From: the human T2T-CHM13v2.0 reference genome, Homo sapiens
Assembly (NCBI RefSeq): GCF_009914755.1
Contig: NC_060945.1
Strand: one strand, 5' to 3'
DNA: 64,000 nt
Position numbers and translations under genes: made by a program. Shown here in pieces: positions 38,066 to 52,439 of this stretch. Numbering within the stretch: the stretch's first letter is position 1; each line of letters starts with the position of its first letter. The notes under the pieces are model-generated. The model had not been told where the DNA came from. It worked only from the letters and a program-made list of their open reading frames with translations, and made no database searches.

Positions 38066-38510
38066 CTATTCACAACAGCAAAGACTTGGAACCAACCCAA
38101 ATGCCCATCAGTGATAAACTGAATAAAGAAAATGTGGCACATAGACACCATGGAATACTATGCAGCCATAAAAATGGATGCATTCATGTCCTTTGCTGGG
38201 ACATGCATGAAGCTGGAAGCCATCATTCTCAGCAAACTAACACAGGAACAGAAAACCAAGCACCGCATGTTCTCACTCATAAGAGGGAGTTGAACAATGA
38301 GAACACATGGACACAGAGAGGGGAACATAACACACTAGGGCCTGTCTGGGGGTTGGGGGAAAGTGGAGGGACAGCATTAGGACAAATACATAATGCAGGC
38401 AGGGCTTAAAACCTAGATGATGGGTTGATAGGTGCAGCAAACCACCATAGTGCATGTATACCTATGTAACAAACCTGCACGTTCTGCAAATATATACCAT
38501 AACTTGAAGT
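38066..38510 (+). mobile_element. L1PA (older primate) 3' end, 5'-truncated
   Basis: CTATTCACAACAGCAAAGACTTGGAACCAACCCAAATG...GGGTTGATAGGTGCAGCAAACCACCAT...TAACAAACCTGCACGTTCTGCA. Confidence 0.92.
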
Positions 38511-38610
38511 GAAGAAGGAGAAGGAGGAGAAGAAGAAGAAGAAGAAGAAGAAGAAGAAGAAGAAGAAGAAGGGGAAGAAGAAGAAGAAGAAGAAGAAGAA
38601 GAAGAAGAAG

Positions 38611-38642
<32 letters not shown>

Positions 38643-38861
38643 GAAGAAGAGGAGGAGGAGGAGGAGGAGAAGGAGGGGGAGGAGAAGGAGGAGGAAGGGG
38701 TAGGGGAAGGGGAAAAAGAAGAAGGAGAAGGAGAGGAGGAAGAAGAGGAAGAGGGAGAAGAGGGAGAAGAAGGAGAAGGAGAGGAGGAAGAGGAAGAAGA
38801 AGAAGGAGAAGGAGAAAAGAAGGAGGAGGAGGAGCGGGAGGAGCAGGGGGAGAAGAAGAAG
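38511..38861 (+). repeat. (GAA)14 GGG (GAA)22 followed by a GAG/GAA purine tract, in place of the L1 poly-A tail
   Basis: Read directly from sequence. Confidence 0.95.
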
Positions 38862-39233
38862 TAGGGTGTGTTCACATGGAAATTTGCTTCTAGCACCCAG
38901 TGGTTAAAAGGCACTCAAAACTTGTAATCACAGAGAGGGTGGTGATGACGGTTTTTAAACATGCCATTCATTTGGAAGAAAACACTTGTGTCTTTACTTG
39001 TCTAGATGTAATGCCAAGTACCCACACTTCCTGTACAGACAGAACTTCATTTACTATTTATTCAATTTCCTCAAAGAGCAGGATGAAATAATTCCCTTTT
39101 CTATTTGGGGGGAAATGGGTTATTATTTACGCGGGTTTTGTTAAGAGAATTGTAAATGATTTCTTCCCTATCATCTGTCCAAACAGCTCAATGGGGAACT
39201 TTATTAGAACCAAAGCATGTATTAAAAAGTCTC

Positions 39234-39534
39234 GGCCAGGCACGGTGGCTCACATCTGTAATCCTAGCACTCTGGGAGGCCGAGGTGGGGGGATTACCTG
39301 AGGTCAGGAGGTCAAGACCAGCCTGGCCAAGAAGGTGAAACCTGTGTCTACTAAAAATACAAAAATTAGCCGGACAAGGTGGAGGGTTCCTGTAATCTCA
39401 TCTGCTCGGGAGGCTGAGGCAGAGAATTGCTTGAACCCGGGAGGTGGAGGTTGTGGTGAGCCAAGATCGCGCCACTGCACTACAGCCAGGGTGACAGAGT
39501 GAGACTCTGTCTAAAAAATAAAAATAAAAATAAA
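39234..39534 (+). mobile_element. AluS
   Basis: Full Alu with TSD AAA(A/G)AGTCTC. Confidence 0.92.
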
Positions 39535-39657
39535 GAGTCTCTAAAATCTTCATTGAAAACTCATTTCGTCTCAAGACATCATTTATTTTGCAAATGTATT
39601 CTTCATGGGTGGCATGTGAATTTGTAATGTGATATAGAAATTTTGGAATTTACTTTT

Positions 39658-39766
39658 TTGTTGTTTTTTGGTTGTTATCTTTCTTTTTTTTAAATTTTAT
39701 TATTATTATACTTTAAGTTTTAGGGTACCTGTGCACAACATGCAGGTTGGTTACATATGTATACAA
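39658..39766 (-). mobile_element. Extremely 5'-truncated young L1PA insertion with 12-bp TSD
   Basis: TTATTATTATACTTTAAGTTTTAGGGTACCTGTGCACAACATGCAGG is a young L1PA 3' end. TSD GAATTTACTTTT at 39646-39657 and 39767-39778. Confidence 0.88.
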
Positions 39767-40163
39767 GAATTTACTTTTAAAAAGTTTTAAATAAGAAGGA
39801 AATACTTTCTAGGTAAATTTAATTGTATATAGAAGACCTAATGGGTGAGAATCTGTCTTGAAAGCTGGAGACACGTCAATAAATAAGAATACACAATTAG
39901 AATAAGAAAGAGTAACAAACACTCTGCCCTCTAAAGCTTCCATTCTGCTTGGAGAAACCAAGAAAAACCCGAGAATCTTGGCCAAATACAATCTAGGATA
40001 ATGCAGTCAGGGAGCTGTCTGGTGAGTGTTGGAGGCCCCATAGGAACGCTGAGGAAGAAGAAGTTGAGGAAGAAGAAGACGCTTGTCACTAGGAGAATTC
40101 TAAGAATAAAAAAGGATGAAGACAAAGTGATTTCACCAAAGATGTCCAAGTTGTAATTATCTC

Positions 40164-41300
40164 GTGGTAGACAGAATAATGGCCCCAAAGATATCCATGT
40201 CCTAATCCCCATGTGGTAGACAGAATAATGGCCCTAAAGATGTTACCAATATCCTATTCCCCATGTGGTAGACAGAATAATGGCCCTAAAGATGTTACCA
40301 ATATCCTATTCCCCATGTGGTAGACAGAATAATGGCCCTAAAGATGTTACCAATATCCTATTCCCCATGTGGTAGACAGAATAATGGCCCCAAAGATATC
40401 CATGTCCTAATCCCCATGTGGTAGACAGAATAATGGCCCTAAAGATGTTACCAATATCCTATTCCCCATGTGGTAGACAGAATAATGTCCCCAGAGATGT
40501 CCATGTCCTAATCCCCATGTGGTAGACAGAATAATGGCCCCAAAGATGTCCACATCCTAATCCCCATGTGGGAGACAGAATAATGATCCTAAAGATGTGA
40601 CCAACATCCTATTTCCCACGTGGTAGACAGAATAATGGTCCCAGAGATGTCCATGTCCTAATCCCCATGTGGTAGACAGAATAGTGGTCCCAAAGATGTC
40701 CACATCCTAATCCCGTGTGATAGACAGAACAATGGCCCCAAAGATGTCCATGTCCTAATCCCATGTGGTGAAAACAATAATGTTCCCAAAGATCTTCACA
40801 TCCTAAATCCCATGTGGGAGACAGAATAATGGCCCCAAAGATGTCCACATCCTAATCTCCACTTGGTAGACAGAATAATGGCCTCAAATATGTCCATGTC
40901 CTAATCCCATGTGGCAGACAGAATAATGGCCCTAAAGATGTCCACGTCCTAATCCCCATGTGATAGACAGAATAATGGCCCCAAAGATGTACACATCCTA
41001 ATCCCCATGTGGCAGACAGAATAATGGCCCCAAAGATGTCCACGTCCTAATCCCCATGTGATAGACAGAATAAGGGCCCCAAAGATGTACACATCCTAAT
41101 CCCCACGTGGCAGACAGAATAATGGCCCCAAAGATGTCCACGTCCTAATCCCAATGTGGGAGACAGAATAATGGTCCCAAAGATACCCATGTCCTAATCC
41201 TCATGTGATACAGAGAATAATGGTCCCAAAGATGTCCATGTCCTAATACTAGGTAGCAGACAGAATAATGGCCCCAAGGATGTCTACCTCCTAATCCCCA
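40164..41300 (+). repeat. 49/52-bp minisatellite (~23 copies) made of the 5' terminus of the adjacent MLT1 LTR
   Basis: Unit TGTGGTAGACAGAATAATGGCCCCAAAGATGTCCATGTCCTAATCCCCA matches the start of an MLT1C/D-type LTR. Confidence 0.93.
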
Positions 41301-41830
41301 TGTGGTTGACAGAGTAAGCACCCCCTTCCCCCCCTCAAAAAAAATCCACATCCTAATTCCAGAAATCTGTAAAAATCTGTCATGGCTAAAAATATTTTGC
41401 AGATGTGATTAGTTTAAGAATCATGAAATGAAATGACCCTGGATTATCCAGCTGGGTCTAAGATCATCACAGGATCTTTGTAAGAGGGAGCCAGGAGTGC
41501 CAGAGCCAGAGGAGGTGATGTTAGGACAAAAGCAAAGGTCAGAGTCACAGAGAAATTAGAAGATGCTGCACTACTGGCTTTGAAGGTCAAGGAAGGGTCC
41601 AGGAGCCAAGGAATACTCTAGAAACATTCCCTTAGAAGCAGGAAATGGCAAGGAAACTGATTCTCCCCCAGAACTTGCATCAAGAGGGAAGTTTAACTGA
41701 CACCTTGGTTTTAGGCCAGTGAGACCCAGGGTGGGCTTCAAAACTACAACACTGTAAGATAATACATTTGTGTTGCTTTAATCCAATACGAATGTGATCA
41801 TAGGTGATGGCGGCCAGAGGACACTCACAG
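41301..41830 (+). mobile_element. MLT1 (C/D-like) ERVL-MaLR LTR body
   Basis: TTTGCAGATGTGATTAG...CCTGGATTATCC...CTGGCTTTGAAG...GAGCCAAGGAAT...GATTCTCCCCCAGAAC...CTGTAAGATAATACATTTGTGTTGCTTTAA. Confidence 0.85.
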
Positions 41831-42165
41831 AAGGAGTAATGTACTGGCGGTCTGCAGCAGGAATGAATTTGGCATGACTGGGGGGACGCCCAAGGGGGCA
41901 GCAAAGAAGAACAAGCAAAGGCTAAATGTGACGACTCGTTTTAGAAGAACCCCCTTCAGAAGAAGAATCAATAAAGCAAAGGCTGAAATCAACTTTGTCT
42001 TCTTTTCTTCCCCAGACATAATTTACGTTATTTTATTGGGACCACAGAGTCCCAGTTGGAGCAAGTGACCAGGGACAGAGTTACAAAGAAGCCATAGGGA
42101 AGTAGTCAGATTGTATTCTGACTTCGATGTGAAATTATTGGCTGGTTTTGAGTGGCATGAGGGAT

Positions 42166-42580
42166 GTCTTAGTCAGCTCGGGTTGCCATAACAAAAATTA
42201 TAGACTGGGTGGCTTAAGTAACAGCCATTGATTTCTCACAGTTCTGGAGATGGGGAAGTTTGAGATCAAGGTATGGCAGATTTATTGTCTGGAGTGGGTC
42301 CTCTTGCTGGTTCACAGATGGTGCCTTCAGAGAGAGAAAGAGAGAGAGAGAGAGCTCTTTTGTGTTTCTCGCTCTTCTTATAAGGATACTAATCACGTCA
42401 TGAAGGACCCATCCTCATGACCTCATCTAAACCTCATCACCTCCAGAGACTTCACCTCCTAATATCATCCCACTGGGGACTAGGGTTTCAATATGGTGCA
42501 TTTTGGAGGGACATGACTAGTAGTGGTTAGGCCTTCAACATACAAATTTTGGGAAACTTTGCTATTTAGTCATTAGCAAG
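42166..42580 (-). mobile_element. MLT1A/MST-type LTR inserted in L2 fragments (~42050-42165, ~42580-43130)
   Basis: TGTCTTAGTCAGCTCGGGTTGCCATAACAAAA...GACTGGGTGGCTTAA...TTTCTCACAGTTCTGGAG...CTCTTCTTATAAGG...TAGCA. Confidence 0.8.
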
Positions 42581-43385
42581 GGATGAGGGCCACAGGCTAA
42601 AAATCATCTCTATTTTTAAAAGATTTCTCTGCTTAAGAATAATACCAGGATCAAAGCAGAAACCAGGACAGAAGCCAAGAGATCAATCAGGAGGATGTGG
42701 CTATGATCCAGATGACATATGTCATGCATGAGGGTGAAGAAAGCAAAGGCAGGAAAATCTGATCCAATTTGACAAATGTTTGAGGTCATTCAAGAGACTT
42801 GCCAATGAATTGTATAAAGGGGAGATGAGAGAAAGAAGAGTTCAGTTTCCAAAGTCTTCTGCCAAAACACTTCTCAGGGGTGGTGGTGAATCCAGTGAAG
42901 GCTTTCCAGATGGTTTGGGATGGGTTAACTTGGAAGCCCTAATCATTTATCTGAGCTGAGAAGTTGAGGATACAGTTACATGCATGAATCCGAAGTAGAG
43001 AAAAGATGTCAAAGCCAGAGATGGGAATTTAGGATTTTGAGTGGATGTGTCAAGTCCTGGGGCTGAGTGAGATCCCCTGGAGAGAGAAGGAAGCTTATGT
43101 TTGAGCCCTAGTTCAGCCCAGCATTTAGAAGAACACCTTTGGGAAGAGGAGAAGAACAAGCAAAGGCTAAATGTGACTCCCTGTTTTAGAAGAATCTCCT
43201 TTAGAAGAAGAATCAATAAAGCAAAGGCTGAACTCAACTTTGTCCTCTTTTCTCCCCCAGACATAATTTATGTTCTTTTATTGGGAGTTTGTTTCCCACT
43301 CAACCTTTCAGGTAAGAGCTCTGAAGTCACGTTTGATTTTTCCCTCAACATCAAAGAGACACAACAGTTTGCTTCTGTGGTGACT

Positions 43386-43733
43386 GTTTTTTTGTTTGTT
43401 TTTGTATTTTTGTTTTTTGTTTTTGTGTGTTTGTGTTATTTTAATTGTTTGAGACAATGTCTCACTCTGTCACCTGGGCTGGAGTGCAGTGGCACAATCT
43501 CAGCTCACTGCAACCTCCACCTCCTGGGCTTAAGTGATCCTCCCACCTCAGCTCCCCTAGTAGCTAGGACTACAGGCACACACCACCACTCCTGGCTATT
43601 TTTTCTATTTTTAATAGAGATGGGGGTCTCATCATGTTGCCCAGGCTGGTCTTGAACTCCAGAGCTCAAGTGATCTGCCTGTCTTGACCTCTCAAAGTGC
43701 TGGGATTACAGGTGTGAGCCATGGTGCCCAGCC
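43386..43733 (-). mobile_element. AluJ with T/G-rich tail
   Basis: GATCCTCCCACCTCAGC and GTTGCCCAGGCTGGTCTTGAACTCCAGAGCTCAAG. Confidence 0.88.
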
Positions 43734-44624
43734 TCACTGGTGACTTTGAATGCCTTCTCACTTCTTCCTTCCCACTCCATGCTCCAGGTTCAAAGACTCC
43801 ATTACCACCATCCATCCCATGCCAGAGTCTCCAGGCTTCCATCTTCAGTGCCATCCCTTCTCATCCATCTATGCATGGGTTCCAAGGTAATAGGTCCAAA
43901 CACATTTAGACCTATTTAATATGTATTAGCATAAATGTTGACATGACTGGTCACAAAATGTTGGTGGTTTCTCATCAACTGCAGAGAATAGTTCAGGATC
44001 CTTACCTAAGTGTCTGATATCTTTCATAAATTCACACATGGAAAGATGTGGCCTCTCTGTCTGTACTTCATCACATCACACCCAGCACCTCAATCTCTGA
44101 CTCCATCGTCAATTTCCTAGTTCCCTGACTTTCCCTGCCCAGCCCTGAGTCATTGTAACATCTGATTCATCTTTTAAAGTTTAACAACAACAACAACAAA
44201 ATCATCTGCTCTGAGAAGCCAGCCTTTCTCAGGTGCAGAGATTATCCCAGAGATAGACATACGGTTCAAGACAGGCTAGTTAACCTTCCCCTGAATTTGA
44301 TCAGCAAAGACTGAGGCGGTGGAGGGAGAAGCTCAGACTGTGAATCTATAGCTGCAGCAGCTGGAATTTTTTTTCCATCCTATATTCCAAGACTTTTTCT
44401 AAGAGAATCTAGACCGGAACCCAGAGAGAAGCAGAGAGTTGAGAGAGTCATCAGAACTTGGGAGATCCCTGAGAAGCTGTCCACCTCTACTTTTTGAGAC
44501 TGTTTTTCCTAGACTCCCTTGCAGCTCTGTGTGACTGTATGATGAATTTTGAGCTCATGAGAAGTAAGTAGGAATGTATTAAGACCATAAAAATCTCTTT
44601 AATTTCGTAAAAAAGTGAATGTGA

Positions 44625-44880
44625 ACTCTTCCCTCTCCTTTTGCTGCTAGCTGCAATGGAGATGTGAGGGCTGGAAACCATGCCACCATATTGAACCATG
44701 AGTAGAAAGTCACGTACTAAAATAGTGGAGCAACAACATTCAAAATGCCTGACATCTTGAATCTGTACAATAACCTGGACCCCTTGTTCTGGTCTCCTAT
44801 CATATCAGAGAGAAACAAACTTCCATCTTATTTAAGTCATGATTATTTGCTTATTTCCATACATTTGTTTATGCAGTTAT
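44625..44880 (+). mobile_element. Old MLT1 (J/K-like) LTR fragment
   Basis: GATGTGAGGGCTGGA...CCATATTGAACCATGAG...GAGAGAAACAAACTTCCATCTTATTTAAGTCA. Confidence 0.6.
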
Positions 44881-44889
44881 ACGATATTT

Positions 44890-45006
44890 ATTCCATCTAT
44901 CTATTATCTATCATCTATCCTATCTATCTAACCTTCATCTATCCCTCTCTCTATCATCTATCATCCATCTTATTCTATGTGACTATCTATCTATCATCCA
45001 TCTTAT

Positions 45007-45063
<57 letters not shown>

Positions 45064-45380
45064 ATAATCTATCATCTATCATCTCTCCTATCTAATCTAT
45101 TTATCTATGTATCTATCCATCTTATCTATTTACCTATCATTTATCTATCCTGTCTATCAATGTATCTATCATGTATCTATCTGTCCTAGTTATCTATCAA
45201 TTATGTAACTATCCATCCTATTTATCTACCTATTTTATGTATCTATTAAACATCTACATATCTATATATATTACCTATCATCTAGCTATTTATCTATCTA
45301 TCCTATGTATTTATCTATCATCTATTTATTCTATCTATATCTATTTTTTTCTCTATGTCTCTATCTATCTACCTATCTAG
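44890..45380 (+). repeat. (TCTA)n region with a pure (TCTA)14 core at 45007-45062
   Basis: Read directly from sequence. Confidence 0.93.
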
Positions 45381-45876
45381 AGATTTCTTAAGTCCTTGGG
45401 AATCCTGAAGTCAGCTCCATCATAGGATCTCACAGTTATATTAGGTCAACAGTTTTCTTTCTCTGCCTAACTTAGTCTGAGTTGTGTTTCAGTTGCTGTT
45501 GATTGGAACAAACCTCAAAAAGAAATTGGGACTGTTATAATATTGCATTTATGGGTGGCTGACTTATGATGCTGCCTTCCTTGTCTCTGGATCCTGAGTC
45601 CTGCATCCAACCCAGTTCCACAGCCTGGGTATCTATACACACAGTATATAAATGATTCTAATACTTTTTGCTGTAAAACTTTTGGAGTCTCTCTGCTAAA
45701 TTATGTTCCAGTTTCTTAGCTTGGGATTCAAGTCATAAATATACTAGGTCTGTCTTACCTTTCAATGCTTTTATTTGTTCCCTTTTGAACATGGCTGAAT
45801 TTTACCTTTCTGTCTACCTGCCTGCCATTCTTGCTACCCCTCCTTCCTTTTTCCACTCTCATCTTTCAGTCTGTAA

Positions 45877-47722
<1,846 letters not shown>

Positions 47723-48324
47723 TTAACTACGTATTTTTTACATCTGCAGTGTTTTGGAAAAAGTGGTTCAACTGAAAGAATGAAAAGTTGGGGGCAGAAT
47801 TTGCTTTTAAAAAAAAAAATTTAAAAAAGGGCATTGAAAAAAGTTTCAGTGGTGTTGGGAGGGCCTTGGAACAAGGAGTGAATGGAAGATGAAGGAGTGG
47901 AGGGAGGCCATGTATGGACTCTTTCTACAGACCAGGCTGTTGAAGGAGAGAGGGCTAACAGGAAATGAAATGCAGGGGGAAGTTTTTTGAAGATGGGAGA
48001 AAGAGGACAACTTTTATATATTTCATTTCATTTGATTCCTTATAAATTTGTAAGGAAGATAGAGCTTGTATTATGTCAGTGAAGTTGAAAATAGAGTACA
48101 GAAAAATTAAGATACAGCACCCCCAAAACCGAGAACTTCTGACATAATACACTGTTGGAAATACTTATTTCAGAGTGAAGAAAATATTGGAAGTTAGGCT
48201 TGTTAATTGGTCTGCATGGTTCATAATTACTCTTTCTTATTAACTATTTAAGGAACATGAGACCAGGAAGTTAAATACCCAGGTATATGCAGATGTATAT
48301 CTAGAATTGGTACCAAAGTAAATA

Positions 48325-49924
48325 TAGGCATACCTTGGAGATACTGTAGGTTCCATTATAGACTACCACAATAAAGTGAATATCACCATAAAGCAAGGCA
48401 CACAAATATTTTGGTTTACCAGTGCATGTAAATATTATGTTTATATTCTACTGCAGTCTATTAAATGTTCAATAGCATTATATTTAAAAAACCAATGTGC
48501 ATACTTTAATTTAAAAATACTTTATTGCTAAAAAATGCTAGTGATCATCTGAGCTTTCAGTAAATTGTAAGATTTTTTGCTGATAGAGGATGTTGGTAGC
48601 TGCTGACTGATCCCAGCAGTGATTGCTGAAGGTTGGGGTGCCTCTGGCAGTTTCTTACAGTAAGACAACAATGAAGTTTGCTACATTGATTGCCTCTTTC
48701 TTTCATGAAAGATTTCTCTGTAGCACTTGATGCTGTTTGATAGCATTTTTTACCCAAAAGTAGAACTTTTTTTCAAAATTGGAGTCAGCTCAAACCCTGC
48801 CACTGCTTTAACAACTAAGGTTATATAGTATTCTAAATCCTTTGTTGTCATTCAATAATTTCACAGCCTTTTCACCAGGAGTAGTTTCCATCTTTAAGAA
48901 ACCACTTTCTTGGGTCATCTGTAAGGAACAACTCCTAATCTGTGCATGTTTTATCATGAGATTGCAGCAATTCAGTCACATCTTCAGGCTCCACTTCTAA
49001 TTCTCTTGCTGTTTCCACTACATCTGCAGTGACTTCCTCCACTTGAGTCTTGAACCTCTCAAAGTCATCCATGAGAGTTGGAATCAACTTCTTCCAAACA
49101 CCTGTTCATGTTGATATTTTGACTTCCTCTCATGAATTATGAATGTTCTTAATGACATCTACAGTGGTGAAGTCTTTCCAGAAGGTTTTCAGTTTATTTT
49201 GCCCAAATCTACTACAGGAATCACTTTTTTTTTTGAGCTGGAGTCTCGCTTTCTCGGCCTCGCTGGAGTGCAGTGGTGCTATCTTGGTTTACTGCAACCT
49301 CTGCCTCCCGGTTCAAGCGATTCTCCTGACTCAGCCCCCCGAGTATCTGGGACTACAGGTGCGTGACACCACGCCTGGCTAATTTTTGTATTTTTAGTAG
49401 AGATGGGGTTTTGCCATGTTGGCCAGGGTGTTCTCGAACTCCCGGCTTCAAGTGATCCTCCTGCCTTGGCGTCCCAGAGTGCTGGGATTACAGGCATGAG
49501 CTGCCGTGCCTGGCTGAAATGTATTTCTTAAACAGTAAGACTTAAAAATTGAAATTACTCATTGATGCATGGGCTGCAGGATAGATGTTGTATTGTACTG
49601 GCAGGCATGAAAGTAACATTCTTCTTTCTGAACATATCCATCAAAGCCTTCGAATGACCTGGTCCATTGTTAGTGAGTGCTAATATTTTGAAATGAATGT
49701 TTTTTCCTTAGCAGTAGGTCTTGACAGTGGACTGAAAATATTCAGTAAGCCAACCTCTAAACAGATGTGCTGTCATCCAGGAGACTGTTGTTCCATATGT
49801 AGATAGCAAGCAGATTAGATATAGCATAATTCTTAAGAGCTCTAGGACTTTTTGAGTGGCAAATGAGCATTAGCTTCAACGTCAAGTTACCAGCTGCATT
49901 AGCCCCTAACAAGAGAGTCAGTTT

Positions 49925-49973
<49 letters not shown>

Positions 49974-50685
49974 AAAGAGACAAGAGTCTCACCTTGTTGT
50001 CCAGGCTGGCCTTGAACTCCTGGGCTCAAGTGATTCTCTTACCTTGGCCTCTCAAAGTGCTGGAATAACAGGTGTGGCCCCAGCCTGACCTTTGAAGCAA
50101 GGCATTGATTTTCCCTCTCTAGCTGTGAAAGTCCTAGATGGCATCTTCTTCTAATGGAAGGCTCTTTTGTCTACTTAAAACACCTTGTTTAGTATAGCCA
50201 CCTCCAGCAATGATCTTAGATAGATATTCTGGATAACTTGCTACAGCTTCCATGTCAGCACTTGCTGCTTCACTTTCCACTTTTATGTTATGACAAGAGC
50301 ATTTTTCCCCATGAGCCAACCTCTACTTGCTTCCAGTTTTTCTTCTGCAGTTTTCTCACCTCTCTCAGCCTTCATAGAACTGAAGAAGGTTAGAGCCTTG
50401 CTGTGGATTAGGCTTTTTGCTTAAGGGAATGTTGTGGCTGGTTTGATCTTTCATATGGACCACTAAAACTTTCTTCATATTAGCAATAAGATTGTTTCAT
50501 GTTCACTGACATAGTGCTTTTAATTTTATTCAAGAATTTTTCGTTTACATTCATAATTGGCTGAGTGGTACAAGAGGCCTAGTTTTAGGCCTTTCTCACT
50601 TTTTGATATTCCTTCCCCACTAAGATTAATCATTTGTAGCTTTTCAGTTAAAATGAGGGGCACGTGACTTTTCCTTTCCCTGAAT
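48325..50685 (-). mobile_element. Tigger1 DNA transposon (3' TIR and most of the degenerate transposase; 5' end missing), with Alu (49225-49515) and Alu-monomer (49922-50085) insertions
   Basis: TIR-like TAGGCATACCTTGGAGATA after TA. Minus-strand peptides ERKSHVPLILTEKLQMINLSGEGISKSEKGLKLGLL and [36 protein letters not shown] match Tigger1/TIGD1 transposase. Confidence 0.93.
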
Positions 50686-50719
50686 TGTTTGGGCATTATA
50701 TATGACTTCCGTTGCACTA

Positions 50720-52130
50720 CAGTGTCAGAGTTGGTTGCTGCAGAGAGCACATACATTTCAAATTGCTGCTCTGCATGCTACGAATCACAATGACATAGTT
50801 ACTGTTTGTCAGTATGTGTGTGCACCACACATATTGCCCTGGCATCTTATTTATTTCTCTCATTACCAGTGCATACTTACCTATCATGTTAAAACAAGAA
50901 AAGGAGAAAAGTGGACTTTATATGTAACACTTTAGAGGCATAGTGGAATGTATATTATTATTAACAAATTAGACAGCAAAGCATTATATTTGTTATGCTA
51001 GAAGACTATGGCTGTGCTAAAAGAATATAATATATGTCAACATTGCCAGACTGGGCACTTCTCACAATATTCCCAACCCACAGGAATAAAACTAAAAGGT
51101 AAGAAAAAAAATAATAAATTAAAACAAAATTTTATCACAGCAGAATTTCTTCTCAAAAACAAAAAATGGAAATTAGGCTATAATTAAAGTAAGTTTTTTC
51201 AATGGCTTATTTGTTAGCCAAGCAAGGAAAACCATTACCAACAGTAGTTAATTAAATTATGTTTAATTACAGTAACCAAAGATGTGTCCATAGAAAATAA
51301 ACTTTAAAAAAGACTATTAGCCTTTCAGCGAGAGTAATTGCTCTAAAAGTTAAGGACATTGGGATTAATATCAAGTCATTTTGGAAAGAAGGGTGAATGA
51401 TTTTTCATGGTTTTCTTAGGCTTTTGTTGGATGAATAGGTGTTACCAGTACTGTTCAGTTGTTACATATTCCAGAAGTCAGTGCTGAGTTTGAAGTGATT
51501 GAAGAATTAGTGTTTATGCATAGTCTATGTGAAACAACTACAAGAGAAAATATTTTCAGAAAAGTTGAGCAAACACTAACTTAGTACAACCTGAAGTGGA
51601 ATCCGCTAAGATGCGTTACAGTTGATAGTGGCAAAAATAACTGTGGAGCAGAAAGACTTGAGTTGGACAAATTTACAAAGCTTGTTAAATGTCAGGTGTT
51701 TAAAACCTGATTATTTATTGTATTATTTATTAGCAGGTACTTTGTAGAAAATATTTAAATCTGTCATGTTTTAGTGAACTATTATATAATAGTGTCAGCA
51801 GTGATTTTGACTTGCATTTGTGGACTTCATCATCAAATCCTATGAATTTTTGTTAGATATAGGGGCAGAATATACTGAATTGCCATTCTACATAGCAATT
51901 TAATGACTTGGCAGTGGTAAAGTTTTATTTCAGTTTTTTGCGCTGAGGAATGAGATTGAAATTTTTCTGAATAATATTGCCCTCAACTGTTAAGTCAAAT
52001 GCTTAATAGCTTTGAAAGTTGGCTTTTCCTATAGATTTCATAATATTTTGTAACAAATTCACCTAAAATTACAAGGCAGAACAGTGATTATAAGTGAACC
52101 TTATATTGTGGTAAGGTCACTTCTACAAGA
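50720..52130 (+). mobile_element. hAT-Charlie DNA transposon relic with GTF2IRD2/Charlie8-type transposase remnants (subfamily uncertain)
   Basis: Manual translation of fragments gives KKRRKVDFICNTLEA*WNVYY, KLDSKALYLLC*KTMAVLKEYNICQHCQTGH, AYLLAKQGKP, KTISLSARVIA and YNLKWNPLRCVTVDSGKN. Confidence 0.8.
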
Positions 52131-52439
52131 ATAATGAATCATGAAAATCAAGAGAAAGAACAAATAGTAGGAAAATGTCTTCCAATTCCTTTTGGCCCTT
52201 CATATTTCCACCTAAACTCATAAGCTTTTAAAAAGATAATAATTATTATTTATACTTAAAAAGATAATATAGGATAATATTTTTGTAAAAGAGTTCTTGA
52301 GATACAACACTGAACGTAAAGGAAAATATTGGAGCATTCAACTACATTTGAGAAATAACTTCTGTTTATTAAAATATACGGTAAGAATGAAAGCACAAGC
52401 CCTAATGAATATTCCTGTTTGATACTAAAACAAAGCTTG

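Noticed and set aside
38462-38914. Poly-serine 150-aa ORF
   Set aside because: Antisense reading of the GAA/GAG tract.
40164-41300. CRISPR-like array of ~49-bp repeats
   Set aside because: Head-to-tail minisatellite derived from an LTR end, with no spacers.
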